Shown: positions 14,646 to 29,866, counted from the stretch's first letter. The stretch is DNA of 64,000 nucleotides from Octopus vulgaris (GCA_951406725.2 OX597837.1:44888001-44952000), one strand, 5' to 3'. Numbers and translations: made by a program. The notes: a model not told the origin generated them from the letters alone.

Positions 14646-15719
14646 ATAGACCCAGATATGTAGACGTACATGTAAGAACACACATAAATGTGGTTGCAAG
14701 TAAAAAGTAAACCATACCAAACTGACGACGTAATATAATATCGAAACATGTCAATAATTGTCTCCCTTGCCAGTAAATACAATCGAAAACACACTCCAAA
14801 CATAAATTATCTTAAAGATTTTATAAATCCGTAAATATTTTCTCCAGATTTCCCTAGATGGTGCAAACAACTCCGCTAGGTCCTTGTTTTCTCTTTCTAG
14901 AGGAAATTTCAATAATTTGAAAATAGTTTGTCGAGTGAGATTTAATAAATCATATTTTAATTAATCGATTACAACTAATAATGGTTTATTTGCTGCAACA
15001 ATTACAACATATTGACCTGAAGGCCAGGTTACTGAAAAGATGTATCCTCTCTAATTTCGGCTCAGGGCCAAGAATTTTTGAGGGGAGGGGAACTCTCAAC
15101 TGATACTTATTTTATTGGCCCCAAAAAGGATGAAAAGCAAAGTCGATTTCAGCAACATCCGATCGCAAGACGTAAAGCCGGAAGTAATGCTGCTAAGCAT
15201 TTTTTTCCAGCATGCTAACAATTCTGCTAAGCTCGCCACATTATTCCACAGAAGTGAAATATAATAGTTTTTCCATTTAGAACCGGATGTAGTAAATGAG
15301 TCATGAGTAAAATCTCTTAGAAGATATCCATTTCAGAAGCATATAGATAGAATGCGGAACTCTAGAACATATGGTGTATCCGACAACAAACACATTGCTA
15401 TCTCGTCGGAAGGGTCTGAAACCACACAGTCAAGAAAGAAGCAAACATCCTGTGCTAAAGTAAGGCCGGTAACTTAAAATATAGAGATTTATTTCTACGA
15501 GACAACATCTCACGGACCCTAGTGAATATGAAATGCGATAGAAACAATACTTTCGCAAAACACTGAAATAATATAAAGTAGAAACTGGAAAAGTAGTTTG
15601 GGGGGGGGATCATGATTTGAAAGCATAGAAATCTGAACTGCATGAGCTGAAAGAAAAACTTACATTCAGAACAGAGAAATAAACATATAAATCTAGCCCA
15701 CATCAGTCAGGTGCCCTCT

Positions 15720-16200
15720 CTCCCTGCATCCAGAAGCCCTCTTTGCCAAGACTCCCCTGTTCCTTCTGTGTTGAACTGCAGGAATACAATCAGCCAAGCT
15801 CTGTTTTCAGACCATTCTTTGATGTCATCAATCCACAAACATCTCTGCTCTCTTATACACTACACTTCATGTCGGGATGGTCTTAGGCAATGATTTGTGG
15901 CGCATTGTATCACTAAAATATGAAAACTTCGCGGACTTGATCTCGACATTGTGTCATTGGACTTTCAGCTTTCCTAATACTCCAGCTTTCATTACAGTGT
16001 CTTTCTAGCTTATTCTTCTCAATCTGCAAAAGATCCACATATCAACGTCAGCTATTTTCTTTTTCATTGCTCTGTATATAGTTCAGATTTCTGTCCCCGA
16101 GATCACAATTGACATAATATAACAAGATAATATAATAAATCTACCTTTATAACGCCAAATACTGAACAGTTTATTTGTCATAAATCCTAAATTTGTGCGC
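15720..16200 (-). mobile_element. Highly decayed RTE-type LINE fragment
   Basis: CYIMSIVISGTEI*TIY...MWIFCRLRRIS and WIDDIKEW motifs with in-frame stops. Confidence 0.7.
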
Positions 16201-16964
16201 TTTAGTTTCATCGTAAACAACGCAATCTTTGTAAAAGGAATCCATCAGAAAAACCGTGTCTAAGCGACTTGACGTCCATATGAAGAAGACAGCGAGGAAG
16301 CTGTAAAGATAGAAGAGCTAAATCAGGGCTAATGTAAATATGTTGAACATAAATAATATAGAATTAATGGCACAGTATTGGAAAGTATCTCAACGAATAA
16401 CGAACGGAAAATTCGTAATCCTAGATAATGTAACAGAATATTGGTTCCAGAATTTCACCACTTATTCCCAAGATTTGATTACACTGCGTGGAAAAAGTAC
16501 AAACTTGGTAAATGGCTGTCAACTGCCTCGGTCCCGTTGAAACTTCTGGCAACTTAGGCAGACATCCTTGGACTAAATCTCTGGAGCCACCAGATCTTGT
16601 ATTAGGGATCTTTGAAATAAAGGGGTAAAATTAAAATAATAAATGAAATAAACGCTTTAGTTCCATATTGAACATATTCCAATAAACACAGTATTGCTGT
16701 ATTTACGGGTATTAATCCTTGTCAAAAGTTTTAGATATTTTACATGTAAGGGCACCGATATTCAGTCTGTTCGGGGCACCAGCATCCCTTCTGCTCAATC
16801 CTTCCACTACCCGTAATCACTCATTCCAAACCACAACCAAATCACGCGTGCAAGAATTAGTGCCCAATATCCTGCCAGAACATCATTTATGAGCTATATA
16901 CTGTCCACTGCAATTTCTTCATAGAGGATCATTCTCCCACCACCAATATTTAGCATCTGAACAT

Positions 16965-17127
16965 GGTGGGGCTGTGGGGGTGAGAAATTTACTTCCCAAC
17001 CACATGGTTCCAGGTTCAGTCCCACTGCGTGGTACCTTCTACTGTAGTCACAGGTTGGCCAAAGCCTTGTGAGTGGATTTGGTAGACGGAAACTGAAAGA
17101 AAGCCATCGTATATGTATGTATGTATG

Positions 17128-17161
<34 letters not shown>

Positions 17162-17757
17162 TGTATGTATGTATGTATGTATGTGTATATATATTTATAT
17201 GTGTGTGTCTGTCGGTGTTTATGTGCGTCTTTGTGTCTGTGTTTGTTCCCCACCACCGTTTGACAAGCAGCGTTGGTGTGTTTACGTCCCTGTGACTAAA
17301 CGGTTCGGCAAATAGCGACCAATAGAATAAGTACCAGGTTTTACAAAAAATAAGTATTGGGGTCGATTCGTTCGACTAAAATTCTTTAAAGGGAAAAATT
17401 TGACAAGTCAGTCGGTCACTGGCTGACATTCACTGACGATACATCGAAGAGGCCAGAGAACAGAAGAAAGAAGAAGAAAGAAGACATGCACCCAACACCA
17501 GAGCTGAAGACACCTCCGAAAGGAGGGGTGGGCTGCCACGTCAAAATGGTAGAGGATTAGGGGCCGAAACCGGACTTGGTTCCTTCTGATGATGTCTTGA
17601 GCTAACTGGATCCTGTAAAGGAGCTGTTGTGGTAGCAGACCACGAAACACGGTTGTAATTCCTTCCAATTAGGGTCCTTTTTGTTCGACTAAAACGACCC
17701 TTGCAGAGCGATGCTCCAGCACGGCCGCGGTCCAGTGACTGAAAACGAAACAAAAAG
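16965..17757 (+). mobile_element. SINE family B copy interrupted by a ~270 bp insert (about 17392-17670)
   Basis: Head, internal (TGTA)n and tail present; GGGTC...GTTCGACTAAAA is duplicated around the insert. Confidence 0.8.
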
Positions 17758-18231
17758 ACTTTGATTATATTGCTGCGTACATCATTTTCAAATTCGCCAT
17801 TGCTGTAGTCTCATGGTTTTTCGCGTCACAGACGTTTGTCTTTCCTATTTTTATTACCTAACTCGTTATTATCAGGTTAATATTATTTGACACGTCTATT
17901 ATGTAATCACACTGCTTCACTTCATATGCTACTATTTAAAAAATGGCCATTATATATATTTTTTGATTATGCTCTGCTTTATTTATTTTATTCATATATT
18001 TATTCTCTGCTCCGATAGGGCGCTCCATCATGACCTCAACGTTGATAGAGAACACAAATAGAAAAATCTAAAAAAAAAAATATATATATATAATAGTATT
18101 GTTGTTTATATTTTGTTATAATTTGTGTGTGTGTATGTGTGAGTGTGTGTGAGCGAGTAAATGTTATGTCTTATGTGTTTGTTGGTTCTTTATTCCGTGG
18201 AGGTTCATTTCTTGTGCATATACGTGTGTGT

Positions 18232-18276
<45 letters not shown>

Positions 18277-18518
18277 CATATCTGTATGTGTATCTGAATC
18301 TTTTTGTGTATGGGTGTGTGTATCAGGAGCTGTGAGTCAATGAATGTGTATGTGTATATAAATGAGCGTGTAGATATGTGAAACTGTGTGTACATATATG
18401 TGTGCGTGTGTGTGTGTGTGTGTATGCGTATCAGAAACTGTCTGCCTCTGTAAACGTATGTGTGTATATATATCTGTCACTGTATGTGGCTGTATATGTA
18501 TGTGTGTGTTTGTGTGTA

Positions 18519-18551
<33 letters not shown>

Positions 18552-19903
18552 CTTTCATTGCGTCTATGCATATGTGTATGTGCATTTCTGAAAGTATATA
18601 TACACATATGCGTATGTGTATAGAGGTATGTGTGTGTACCTGTCATTGTGCACGTTGTCTATGTAAATGTATATGTGTGTGTGACTAAGTGTAGTTATGT
18701 GTGAAAGAATATGTGCGTATGACTGTGTGTCGATGCATATGTATGTGTGGCTGTGTGTATAGGTATGTATGTGTGTGTAACTAAAACGTATGTGTGTGTC
18801 TATAGCTATATGTCCATGTGTGTATACCTTTAGGTGTGTGTTTGTGTGTGTGAATGAATGTGTAAGTGGTTGTATGCGGCCGAGTGTGCACGTGTGTTGC
18901 ATATGCATGTGTGTGCTTCACTGTATTTGAGATTGCATAACGTATATATGTGTGCGTATGTGTACCTATATGTGTTCGAGTAACTGCGTGCGTTTTTGTG
19001 TTTCACCGAGCATGAGTTGTTTGATTGTATGTCTGTAAGTATGTATGCGTGCATGTCCTGTTATGTGTGTATGTGTCTGTATGCGTGTCTCAACACATGT
19101 ATGTATATGGGTGTCTGGGTTTCGTTTGTGTCTGACGAAGGCCTGAACGAATCTCTACGTGTGTCTATCTTCACACATGCGCAGACGTATGTATCAATGT
19201 TTGCATGTGTGTGTATGCAATTGGAATATTTACACATAAGACTGAATGTGCGTCTGTAAGTGTGTTTATGTGAATGTGTGCATGTGTGTCTATGTGAATG
19301 TGTGTGTGTGCATCTGTTTGTTTGCGTGTGTGTATGTGCAAGTATGACTGCGTGAAAGCGAGATCTTTTCGATTCTCGGTGTCTGTGTATGCGTGTATTT
19401 GTGTGAGCGTGTCTGTATGTTTATATGTGAGTGACTGTGTGTGTGTGTGTGTGTGTGTGTATGAGTGTGTGTGTGTGTGTATGTGTATGTGTGTGTGTTT
19501 AAGCGTTTGTATACATGTGGGTTTCTCCATGTATTTGGAATATATAGCTTTGCCTGAACGTAAGAAGTAGTCAATCCATGAATGGATGAATGACTGAAAG
19601 AATGAGCGAATGAGAGAATGCGTGAATGAGCGAATAAGCAAATGAGCGAACGAGCGAATTAGCGAATGAATGAATGGAAAAAAAAGGGAAGGAGAGGAGA
19701 AGGAAGGACCAAAATTAGTTTTCCTCTCTTGAAAGGCAGAGTAACAGGATTTTCCCACTCAAGCTTTTTCTTGTGGAATGCATGGATACCCCTGTGTGAT
19801 TTTTGTGTGTGTGTGCGTATACACACACACGCACACACATCTATATATACATACATATAGACATATATTTACATAGATACATATGTATACATAGATACAC
19901 ATT

Positions 19904-19961
<58 letters not shown>

Positions 19962-20118
19962 GTATATATATGTATATATATGTATATACATGCATGTGTG
20001 TGCGCGTGTATGTATATACACACACACACATATATATATGTATACGTGAGTATGCGTGTGTCTGTATTTGTATGTATATGTATGTATACATGTGCGTGTG
20101 TATATGTTTGAGTGTGTA

Positions 20119-20158
<40 letters not shown>

Positions 20159-20532
20159 TGTGTGTGTGTATAAATATATACATATATACATACACATATA
20201 TATATATATGCCAGGCATATGTACACATATATGTATATATTTATATATACATAAATATATACACACACATATATGTGTGTGTATGTGTAAGCAACTGGGT
20301 GTGTATGTTTGCATTTGTGTGTACGTCTGTGTGTGTGTGTGTGTACTTTTACTCTTTTTAATTTAGCGCTAGTTTTGCCCGGTCACCTACTTGGTAGCAA
20401 GGCTTTCAAAGAAAGCAATCTTCTTTTGTTCAATATCTTTTAAATCTCGAAAGGTGCCCCCGCTTTTAATTGATACAGGCATCTTGCACGTATGTATGTT
20501 TGTGTGGATGGATTGATGGATGGATGGATGGG

Positions 20533-20567
<35 letters not shown>

Positions 20568-20599
20568 ATGGATGGATGGATGGATGGATGGATGGATGT

Positions 20600-21310
20600 C
20601 TGACAGGTCACTAGTGAGGTTTCTGTGAGTGCAACTGGTAACATGGAATCCAGTACAAACTGTTGCATGGTCGGGTCATCGGCGACTAAACTGGCACCCA
20701 CACTAGGCTTGCCGGGTGAGGAGGGTTGTTCGAAACTCAACGGGACTATATACGAGACCAGTCAAAACGACGGAAGAACCTAGTGTAGGTTCAGCAACTA
20801 CCTTGCAAAAGCACAGGCCAGGCCCTAAAAAATTCCAGGTTGGTGTCCTGTGTGTTGGGAGACCGCTGGGAGTAATGCACTCCTTAGATTTTGTTAAAAG
20901 CGTATCTCCAGGAGAAGGTTACTCTGATATAAACCCAGATATACAGGGAAATGCACTGAATAATTTAGGGATCTTTTACTTCTGTTTGAAATCATGGCAC
21001 ATCTACATTCCTGAGCCTATCAACCATATTGGCACTGTGTGTCTTTCCCCGGAAGGGTCTGTGAGGTAATGCGCAAGCGTAATTGGGCCTAAACGTTTGG
21101 GTAGTGCAATCGCTGGCGAAGCAACTATCTGGTGCCTGGACGTGTTGCAGGGCAACGTGGGTAGCATGGAAGGCCCGGACGCGAACCCTTGTTAAGATGA
21201 TTACTGGAGCACTAAACTACTAAACTCATGCAAGGGTATTGTTGGCACGTTGCATGGACGATAGTCAGTAATGGTCTTCCTCGGTCGTGAGCGGACCGCT
21301 ACCACTTTCA
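20600..21310 (+). mobile_element. Putative non-autonomous RTE-related element ending in a (TGTA)n tail
   Basis: 3' end AATGGTCTTCCTCGGTCGTGAG...CATGTATG resembles the RTE 3' end at 13665 (AATGGCCATACTCGATGACGAG...CATGTATG); GC-richer than its flanks. Confidence 0.45.
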
Positions 21311-21370
21311 TGTATGTATGTATGTATGTATGTATGTATGTATGTATGTATGTATGTATGTATGTATGTA

Positions 21371-21401
<31 letters not shown>

Positions 21402-21494
21402 ATGTATGTATGTATGTATGTATGTATGTATGTATGTATGTATGTATGTATGTATGTATGTATGTATGTATGTATGTATGTATGTATGTATGTA

Positions 21495-21527
<33 letters not shown>

Positions 21528-21644
21528 GTGTGTGTGTATGTATGTATGTGTGTATGTATGTATGTATGTATGTATGTATGTATGTGTGTGTGTATGTATG
21601 TATGTATGTATGTATGTATGTATGTATGTATGTATGTATGTATG

Positions 21645-21683
<39 letters not shown>

Positions 21684-21788
21684 ATGTATGTATGTATGTA
21701 TGTATGTATGTATGTATGTATGTATGTGTGTGTGTATGTATGTATGTGTGTATGTATGTATGTATGTATGTATGTATGTATGTATGTA

Positions 21789-21819
<31 letters not shown>

Positions 21820-21860
21820 ATTTATGTATGTATGTATGTATGTATGTATGTATGTATGTA

Positions 21861-21891
<31 letters not shown>

Positions 21892-21900
21892 ATGTATGTA

Positions 21901-21931
<31 letters not shown>

Positions 21932-22120
21932 ATGTATGTATGTATGTATGTATGTATGTATGTATGTATGTGTGTGTGTGTATGTATGTATGTATGTATG
22001 TATGTATGTATGTATGTATGTATGTGTGTGTGTGTATGTATGTATGTATGTATGTATGTATGTATGTATGTATGTATGTATGTATGTATGTATGTGTGTA
22101 TGTATGTATGTATGTGGGCA

Positions 22121-22151
<31 letters not shown>

Positions 22152-22178
22152 GTGTATGTATGTATGTATGTATGTATG

Positions 22179-22209
<31 letters not shown>

Positions 22210-22428
22210 GTATGTATGTGTGTGTGTGTGTATGTATGTATGTGTGTATGTATGTATGTATGTATGTATGTATGTATGTATGTATGTATGTATGTATGTA
22301 TGTATGTGTGTGTGTATGTATGTATGTGTGTATGTATGTATGTATGTATGTATGTATGTATGTGTGTGTGTATGTATGTATGTATGTATGTATGTATGTA
22401 TGTATGTATGTACGTACGTACGTATGTA
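21310..22428. repeat. 1.1 kb (TGTA)n/(TG)n array
   Basis: Direct reading of the sequence. Confidence 0.98.
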
Positions 22429-22434
22429 TTATTA

Positions 22435-22648
22435 AGGCGGTGAAATGGCAGAATCGTTAGTGCGCTGGGTAGAATGCCAACGGCGTTTCATCCGTCTTTA
22501 CGTTCTGAGTTCAAATTCCGCTGAGGTCGACGTTGCCTTTAATCCCTTCGGGGTCGATTAAATAAGTACCAGTTAGGCACTGGGGCCGATGTAATCAACT
22601 TAATAACTTCCCGCACATTGGAGGCTTTGTGCTTTCAGTAGAAACGAA

Positions 22649-22747
<99 letters not shown>

Positions 22748-22975
22748 CATTATTATTAATTTTGAAGGTGGCAACCTGACAGAATCGTTAGTACGCCGGT
22801 CAAAATGCTTAGCGGTATCTTCGTCCGTTTTCACGTTTTGAGTTCAAATTCCGCCGAGATTGACCTTGCCTTTCATCCTAGCGGAATCGATAAAGTGATT
22901 GCCAGTGAAACACTGTGGTCGATGTAATCTAGTCTCCTCCCCAAAATTTCGGACCTTTTGCCTATAATAGAAAGA

Positions 22976-22978
<3 letters not shown>
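22435..22978 (+). mobile_element. Two SINE family A copies, each followed by an (ATT)n tail
   Basis: Heads at about 22435 and 22766; core motif present; (ATT)n tracts at 22650-22760 and 22978-23035. Confidence 0.85.
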
Positions 22979-23064
<86 letters not shown>

Positions 23065-23369
23065 TATTGCATCATTCTTGCACCGATGTTTAAGACCTTA
23101 GGATCTACGTTCAAAAATCATTCATTCCAAGCAACAACGGCAATCTTGGGTGAGGCATATACGCCACGGAATCTCGTGTTTGAATTTCAGCTTCTCAAAC
23201 TTCAACCCGCCCCACACCACCCCGTCCTTCGTTTTTCCAAACAATGCGAAAGGTTTGTTGGTAAAAATAAACATTTTTTTACTACAAAGCTAACAACGGA
23301 AGAAAGCTAAGCGAAACAGCTTCGACAAGGAAACTCACTTATCGACGGATGTTAACGCAATAATAATAA

Positions 23370-23431
<62 letters not shown>

Positions 23432-23593
23432 ATAAATGATGATAATAATAAACATGATAATGATAATAGTGATTTCTTTTATTTGCCACCACAGTGAAGG
23501 AGGAAGGGGGCAACAACAACAACAATAATAATAATAATAATAATAATATTAATTATAATTATAATGATGTTGATAATTATAATGATGATCATG

Positions 23594-23660
<67 letters not shown>

Positions 23661-24243
23661 TGATGATGATGATGATGATGATGATTATGATGATGATGAT
23701 GATGATGATGATGATTATGATGATGATAATTATAATAATAATAATAATGATTATAATAATCGTCGTTATCATTTTCATAATCATCATCACCTCCACCACT
23801 ACCACCATCAACATTGCCATTCTCAACATCATCATCATCAGCAGCAGCAGCAGCAGTAGGAGCTGCAGCAACAGTAACAACAACAACAACAGTAACAACA
23901 ACACACGACCAATCAATCTTCAAGAATAACAACAAAATCAATTTACGTCAATAACAACAACTGCAAAAATAGCAACAATAGCAACAACAACAACAGTTTG
24001 TGTTTATTTTCTTTATCCTTTATCTTTTACATGCTTCAGGCATTGGGCTGAGGCCATACTGGAGCATCGGCTTGCAAGGTCTTTCTGGAAGAAATGCAAA
24101 CCCCGTACTTATATGTTATGGAGTTCGATGCTTATTCTATCAGTTGCATATGCCGAGTTACTGGGACATAAACAAACCAACACCAGTTGTCTGCGGTGGG
24201 GGCGAAGAACTCAGAGACACTCACATGGATACACATGTGCGTA

Positions 24244-24309
<66 letters not shown>

Positions 24310-24312
24310 ATA

Positions 24313-24716
24313 TTCTTTTAATTCTTTTGTTTGTCTCAGTCATTTTACTGGAGCCATGCTGGAGCACCGCCTTGAGGGAATTTAGTCGAGGAAATCGACC
24401 CCAGGACGAATTTTATAAGCCTATCGGTTTCTTTTGCGGAACCTCGAAGTTACGGGGACGTAAACACACAAATGCCGGTTGTCAAGTGGAGATAGGTGGA
24501 GGGGGACAAATACAGTCACACAGACAGACACACATAAATATATGCACATATATATCGACGACGGGATTCTTTCAGTTTCCATCTACCAAATCCATTCACA
24601 AGGCTTTGGTGTACCTGAAGTTATAGTAAAAGACAGTTGTCCAAGCTGCCCCGCAGTGGGTCCCACCCTGGAACTATGTGGTTGCAAAGCAAGCTTCTTA
24701 CCGCACAGCCACGCCT
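24313..24716 (-). mobile_element. SINE family B, near full length
   Basis: Reverse complement of 62565-63010. Confidence 0.88.
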
Positions 24717-24719
24717 ATG

Positions 24720-24778
<59 letters not shown>

Positions 24779-24814
24779 GTATACATATACATGTATACAT
24801 ATACATTTATATAC

Positions 24815-24890
<76 letters not shown>

Positions 24891-24905
24891 ATGTATGTAT
24901 GTATG

Positions 24906-24938
<33 letters not shown>

Positions 24939-25439
24939 GTGTATGTATGTACATTCGACGGTCTTCCACATTTTCCGTCACTGAAATCAACTCACAAGGC
25001 ATTGGCCAGCCCTGGGTTATGATAGAAGTTACTTACCCAATGTGCCGTGAAGTGGGGCTGAACCCGAATCCACGTGAATGTAAATCAAGCTTTATAACAA
25101 ACAGAGCCATAAAAACCAATCTGCCGCAGCAGCAACAACAATTTAAAATAAGAAAATGTTAGCAACAACAACGGACATTCATCTACAAATAGGAACAACA
25201 ACAACAACATCAATTACAACAATAACATCAGCAACCAGAATAGTCTATAAACTTAATATATTTCCAAATTTTGACACAAACCCAGAAGTTTTAGTGCGAG
25301 GGGACTAGTGTTTATATCGACCCAAATGCTTGGCTGGTTATTATTGTATCGACCCTGAAAGATTGAATGCTTATAAGAATTCGGCCCCACTCCCACCATG
25401 CAAACGATTATGTCAGCTTTCAATCTTGATAATAGTTTC

Positions 25440-25862
25440 AAATTTTGGCGCAAGGTCAGCAAGTTTTGAGGGGAGAGGAGAGGTCGAGTACATTGACCCC
25501 TGCAGCTGACGGCTACTTATTTTACCGGCCCCAAAAGAATGAAAGGCAAACCAACCTCAGCAGCTTTTGAGCTCAGGGAGTACAGGATGAGGAAATGCTG
25601 CGTAGCATTTTTCCCGGTGTGCTAAATCACCGCCTTAATAGTAATCCTTTCCACCACAGACACAAGGCCTGAAAATTTCGGGGGAGAGAGTTAAGTCGAC
25701 CGCATCGACCTCAGTGCGTAACTGGTACTTGTTTTATCGAACCCCGAAGGAATGGAAAGCAAAGTCGACCTCGGTGGAATTTGAATTCAGAACGCAAGGA
25801 CGGACGAAATACTGCTAATCATTTTGCCAGGTATGCTAACGATTCTGCCTGCTCTCCGCCTT
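25440..25862 (-). mobile_element. Two older SINE family A copies in tandem
   Basis: GAAAGCAAAGTCGACCTCGGTGGAATTTGAATTCAGAACG and related segments. Confidence 0.8.
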
Positions 25863-25880
25863 ATTATTATTATTTTTATT

Positions 25881-26381
25881 ATGGCTTCTGATCTTAACTG
25901 ATTGGAAGTGTTATCATGTACATTGTTTTGTATTGGTATAAAAGATGGGCTACAGCAAATATTCTGCTCAATACCACAGATTTGCTTGTCTGTTTTTTTA
26001 CCTTAACCAGTTGACCATGACCCTTAATGGCTGACAATATGTGCATCTCTGATCACAAGCAGAAGTAGCAGGGGAGCACCATAGCGATGTACTGTGAAGA
26101 ACTCTTTGGGTTTTGGATAAGTCAACTCTGGAAACATGAATGTTTCGTTAAACCTCCTTAAACAACTCTTATTCAGGGATCTTTTGAGCGGGATGGGCTA
26201 CTCGACCTGAATTAATTCATACGTTTTTAATCTTGATATGAGATCACCATGTCGCGCACACATGGTTATGATGCATGGACCTGGTGTACCCTTATCAGAC
26301 GGGTAGTTATGATGGGTATAACTGGGCTTCGTATATTTGTACCCCAGTGTCACTTTGATGGCATGCACTGCCTTCTCACTC
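25881..26381. mobile_element. Non-coding interspersed element associated with (AAT)n
   Basis: High similarity to 58321-58665; ends abut (AAT)n/(ATT)n tracts. Confidence 0.8.
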
Positions 26382-26401
26382 AATAATAATAATAATAATA
26401 A

Positions 26402-26432
<31 letters not shown>

Positions 26433-28303
26433 AAGAAGAAGAAGAAGAAGAAGAAGAAGAAGAAGAAGAAGAAGAAGAAGAAGAAGAAGAAGAAGAAGAA
26501 GAAGAAGAAGAAGAAGAAGAAGAATGATAATAATAACTTTTTTATTGGTCACAAAGGCCAAAGACATGGAGGACAATATCGAAGGATGAGTTACAGCAGA
26601 CACACAAAAAAATTACAAAAATTCGTGGGGTTAACATCGATCAAGGATTAAAGGATATAACAGAGGATATATAATAGAAAGTAGAGAAATTGTTAACGGT
26701 ATTTCGTCCATCTTTACGTTCCGAGTTCAAGTGCCACCGAGGCCGACTTTTCCTTTCTACCTTTTGGGATCCATAAAGTAAGTACTGGGGTCGATGTAAT
26801 CGACTGGGCCCCTCCCTTGAAATTTCTGGCCTTTAGCTAAAATTTTAAATCAATATTTCATGTATTTTTGACAAAAATGTGGGCGTAGGCTTTGTTGTGT
26901 GGTAAAAAAGGTTGCTTCCCAACCATATTGGTCTGGGTTCAGTCCACTATATGGCACCTTGGGCAAGTGTCCTCTCTACTACCCTTAACTGCTACCCAAC
27001 GCTACACAAATCCCCACCATCACCAAAACTATCACCAGCCACTCAACCAGGTATAAGTGAGGGAATGAATTTTGCAAACCCATTTTTTCAGGAGGTTGTT
27101 CAAAGTGTTTTCATTGCACTCCAACCCCACCTCAACTCCAAAAATATTACTGGGTGCACTTGCATCCCAAGCCTATGCAACCAGGATCTAACCACAAAGT
27201 CTCTTCGTTGTTGGTCAGTCTGCTAGAAATAACTCAACCGAATTGATCTCCATTAAATCACAGCCTACAGTCTCAGGAGACATTGGATAATGTAGACGTT
27301 GGTAGACTTAGCCAGTAATGTTTATTTTTTATGAAGGGCTGGATGGTCACGAATGAAACGGCATTTATGATAGGGCTCCTTGATCAAAATGTTGCTTCTT
27401 GTTACTGTTTAACCCGAGATAACCCAACGCTTTTCATGTTTGTGTGTCTGTGTTGTTCCCCCCAACATCGCTTGACAAACGATGCTGATGTGTTTACGTT
27501 GCCGTAAATTAGCGGTTCGGCAAAAAGCGACCGATAGAATAAGCACTAGGCTTACAAGGAATAAGTCCTGGGTCGATTTGCTCGACTAAAGGCAGTGCTC
27601 CAGCATGGCCACAGTCAAATGACTGAAACATGTAAGAGAGTAAAGAGTAAAAGAGTGTCTAAATCTTGTATGGACCCCGCAGAGATTTGTGTGGGCGCTG
27701 TTTGAGGACCCTTGATAAAGATAAAGGGTTAGTCAGACGTGAATTGCTTTCAGTTATGTATGAGTTTAAACAACACCATCAACAGCAGCAACAGAAACGG
27801 TGAGAACAGCGTCGCCAGCAGTATCAGCAGTATCAACTCCATCTGCAGCAGCAGTAATAGCAGCAGCAGCAACAGCATCAGCAGCGGTGGCAGCATAAAC
27901 AACATCGGCAGCGAGCACATTCGACGGCATATCACATCAAAAACACAATATGATTTCACTGCAGTGGTTGGATTACAAGGAGGATGGCTTACGTAGGACT
28001 TCGTTTCGGAACAACCTGAAAGTTTGGTGAGAATTTTTTTATCGACAAAAGGAAAGACGAAAAGAAAGAAGGAAGGAAAGGAAAAAAAGTAAGTAGAAAA
28101 AGAATGAGTGAAAGAAAAAGTGAATGAGAGAGAGAGAGAGAGAGAAGGAGAGAAGGAGAGAAGGAGAGAAGAAAGAATGAAAGTGAATTTAGATAACAAT
28201 AAATAAGTGTTTAAAGAGAAATATATTTGGATAATTAACACATTATATTATATTAATAATATAACATAATATGATATTATATAATATAATATAACATGGT
28301 AAT

Positions 28304-28360
<57 letters not shown>

Positions 28361-29567
28361 ATAAAAATGGTAAGATAACAAGAGAAAGAAAGTGACCTCA
28401 ATATTATGTAAATAGAGGAATTTATCTGTAATTGTAATATGTGACAATTATTCGGTAGCCAAGATAAAACTCCGAGTTTCGGACGCCGAGGTGCACATAT
28501 ACGTGTGTGTGTCGTGTATATGTGTACAAAATATATACATATACATACCTGTGCACACACACAAACATACACACACACACAAACAAAAACACACGCATAT
28601 ACACACACTGATGTATATATACGCACAAAGATGTATAGTTTACTTTTCCAAATTTGAAAACACGTGCGCGTTTATGTGTGTGCATGTGCATGCGTGTTTG
28701 TGTGTGTATGTGTGCGTGCGTGCATGTGCATGAGGGTGTGTGCACGTGTGTGCATGCGTGTGTGTGTGTGTGTAAATATATATAGACAGACACACCTATA
28801 TATAATGCATATTCATAGACATAGTATGTATATTTCTGCAAGACAGGCCCAGACAGTTGGGCAGGTAGACAGAAAGAGAGATCGAAAGGGAGAGAGAGTA
28901 AGAAAGATAGAAAGAGAGAGTAAAGAAGTCTGAGGTAGAGAGAGAGAGAGACAGAGGGAGAGAGAGAGACAGACAGACAGACAGATGCAGCGTGTGACAG
29001 ACAGACATATAAACAAAGACTTTTTATTTTTGTAAAGAGGACGAGTCGGAAAGAGCGCGATACAGATAGAGAGACTGTATGTAGGGAAGAGAGACAGAAA
29101 GAAGGAGAGATAGAAAGATCGAAAGAGGGAGAGAAACAGAGAAACAGAGAGAGAGAGAGAGAGAGGGGGGTGTAGAGAAAAGGAGACAGAGATAGAGAGT
29201 GAGTGAGAAGGAAAATGTGTTTGTGCAGGTGCGCGCGTGTGTATGTAATTAGAGTTGATTGCATTTCTCGTGGAAGGCATCATTCATCGAAGAAAGAACA
29301 AACGATAGACAATGGTATCGACCGTAGCATATTACAGGTACACGTGCTGTCTGCACATACAAACTCTGTATTAAATACAAACATACATATATATATATAT
29401 ACATACATATATATATGCATATATATGTATATATATATATATATATGCACACACATAAATACATCCATCTATCTATCTGTCTATCAATCTATCTATATAC
29501 ACAGACATGTATATGCACGTACATAACTATTGAAAGAGAGAAAGAAGAGGGGAGAGAAAGAAAGAGA

Positions 29568-29612
<45 letters not shown>

Positions 29613-29866
29613 AGGGTGTGAGAGAGAGAGAGAAAGAAAGAGACTGTGCCAATAAAAGCGATGACTCAGTCACTATCTACTCGGAGTTTTTTAGGTTTAC
29701 AATCGTTCACATATAACTAACAGTTGATATTCGGGAGCGTGTGTACATTGCGTACACATTCACCTACCTTTAGATATATATCTACCTAACCATCTGCATT
29801 CATACATGCATACACATGTACAAACACGCAAACACATAAACATACATATTTATATAGATACATATG

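Noticed and set aside
16440-16560. Possible CR1-like 3' remnant on the minus strand; also a Tc1-like end near 11655
   Set aside because: Too decayed to support.
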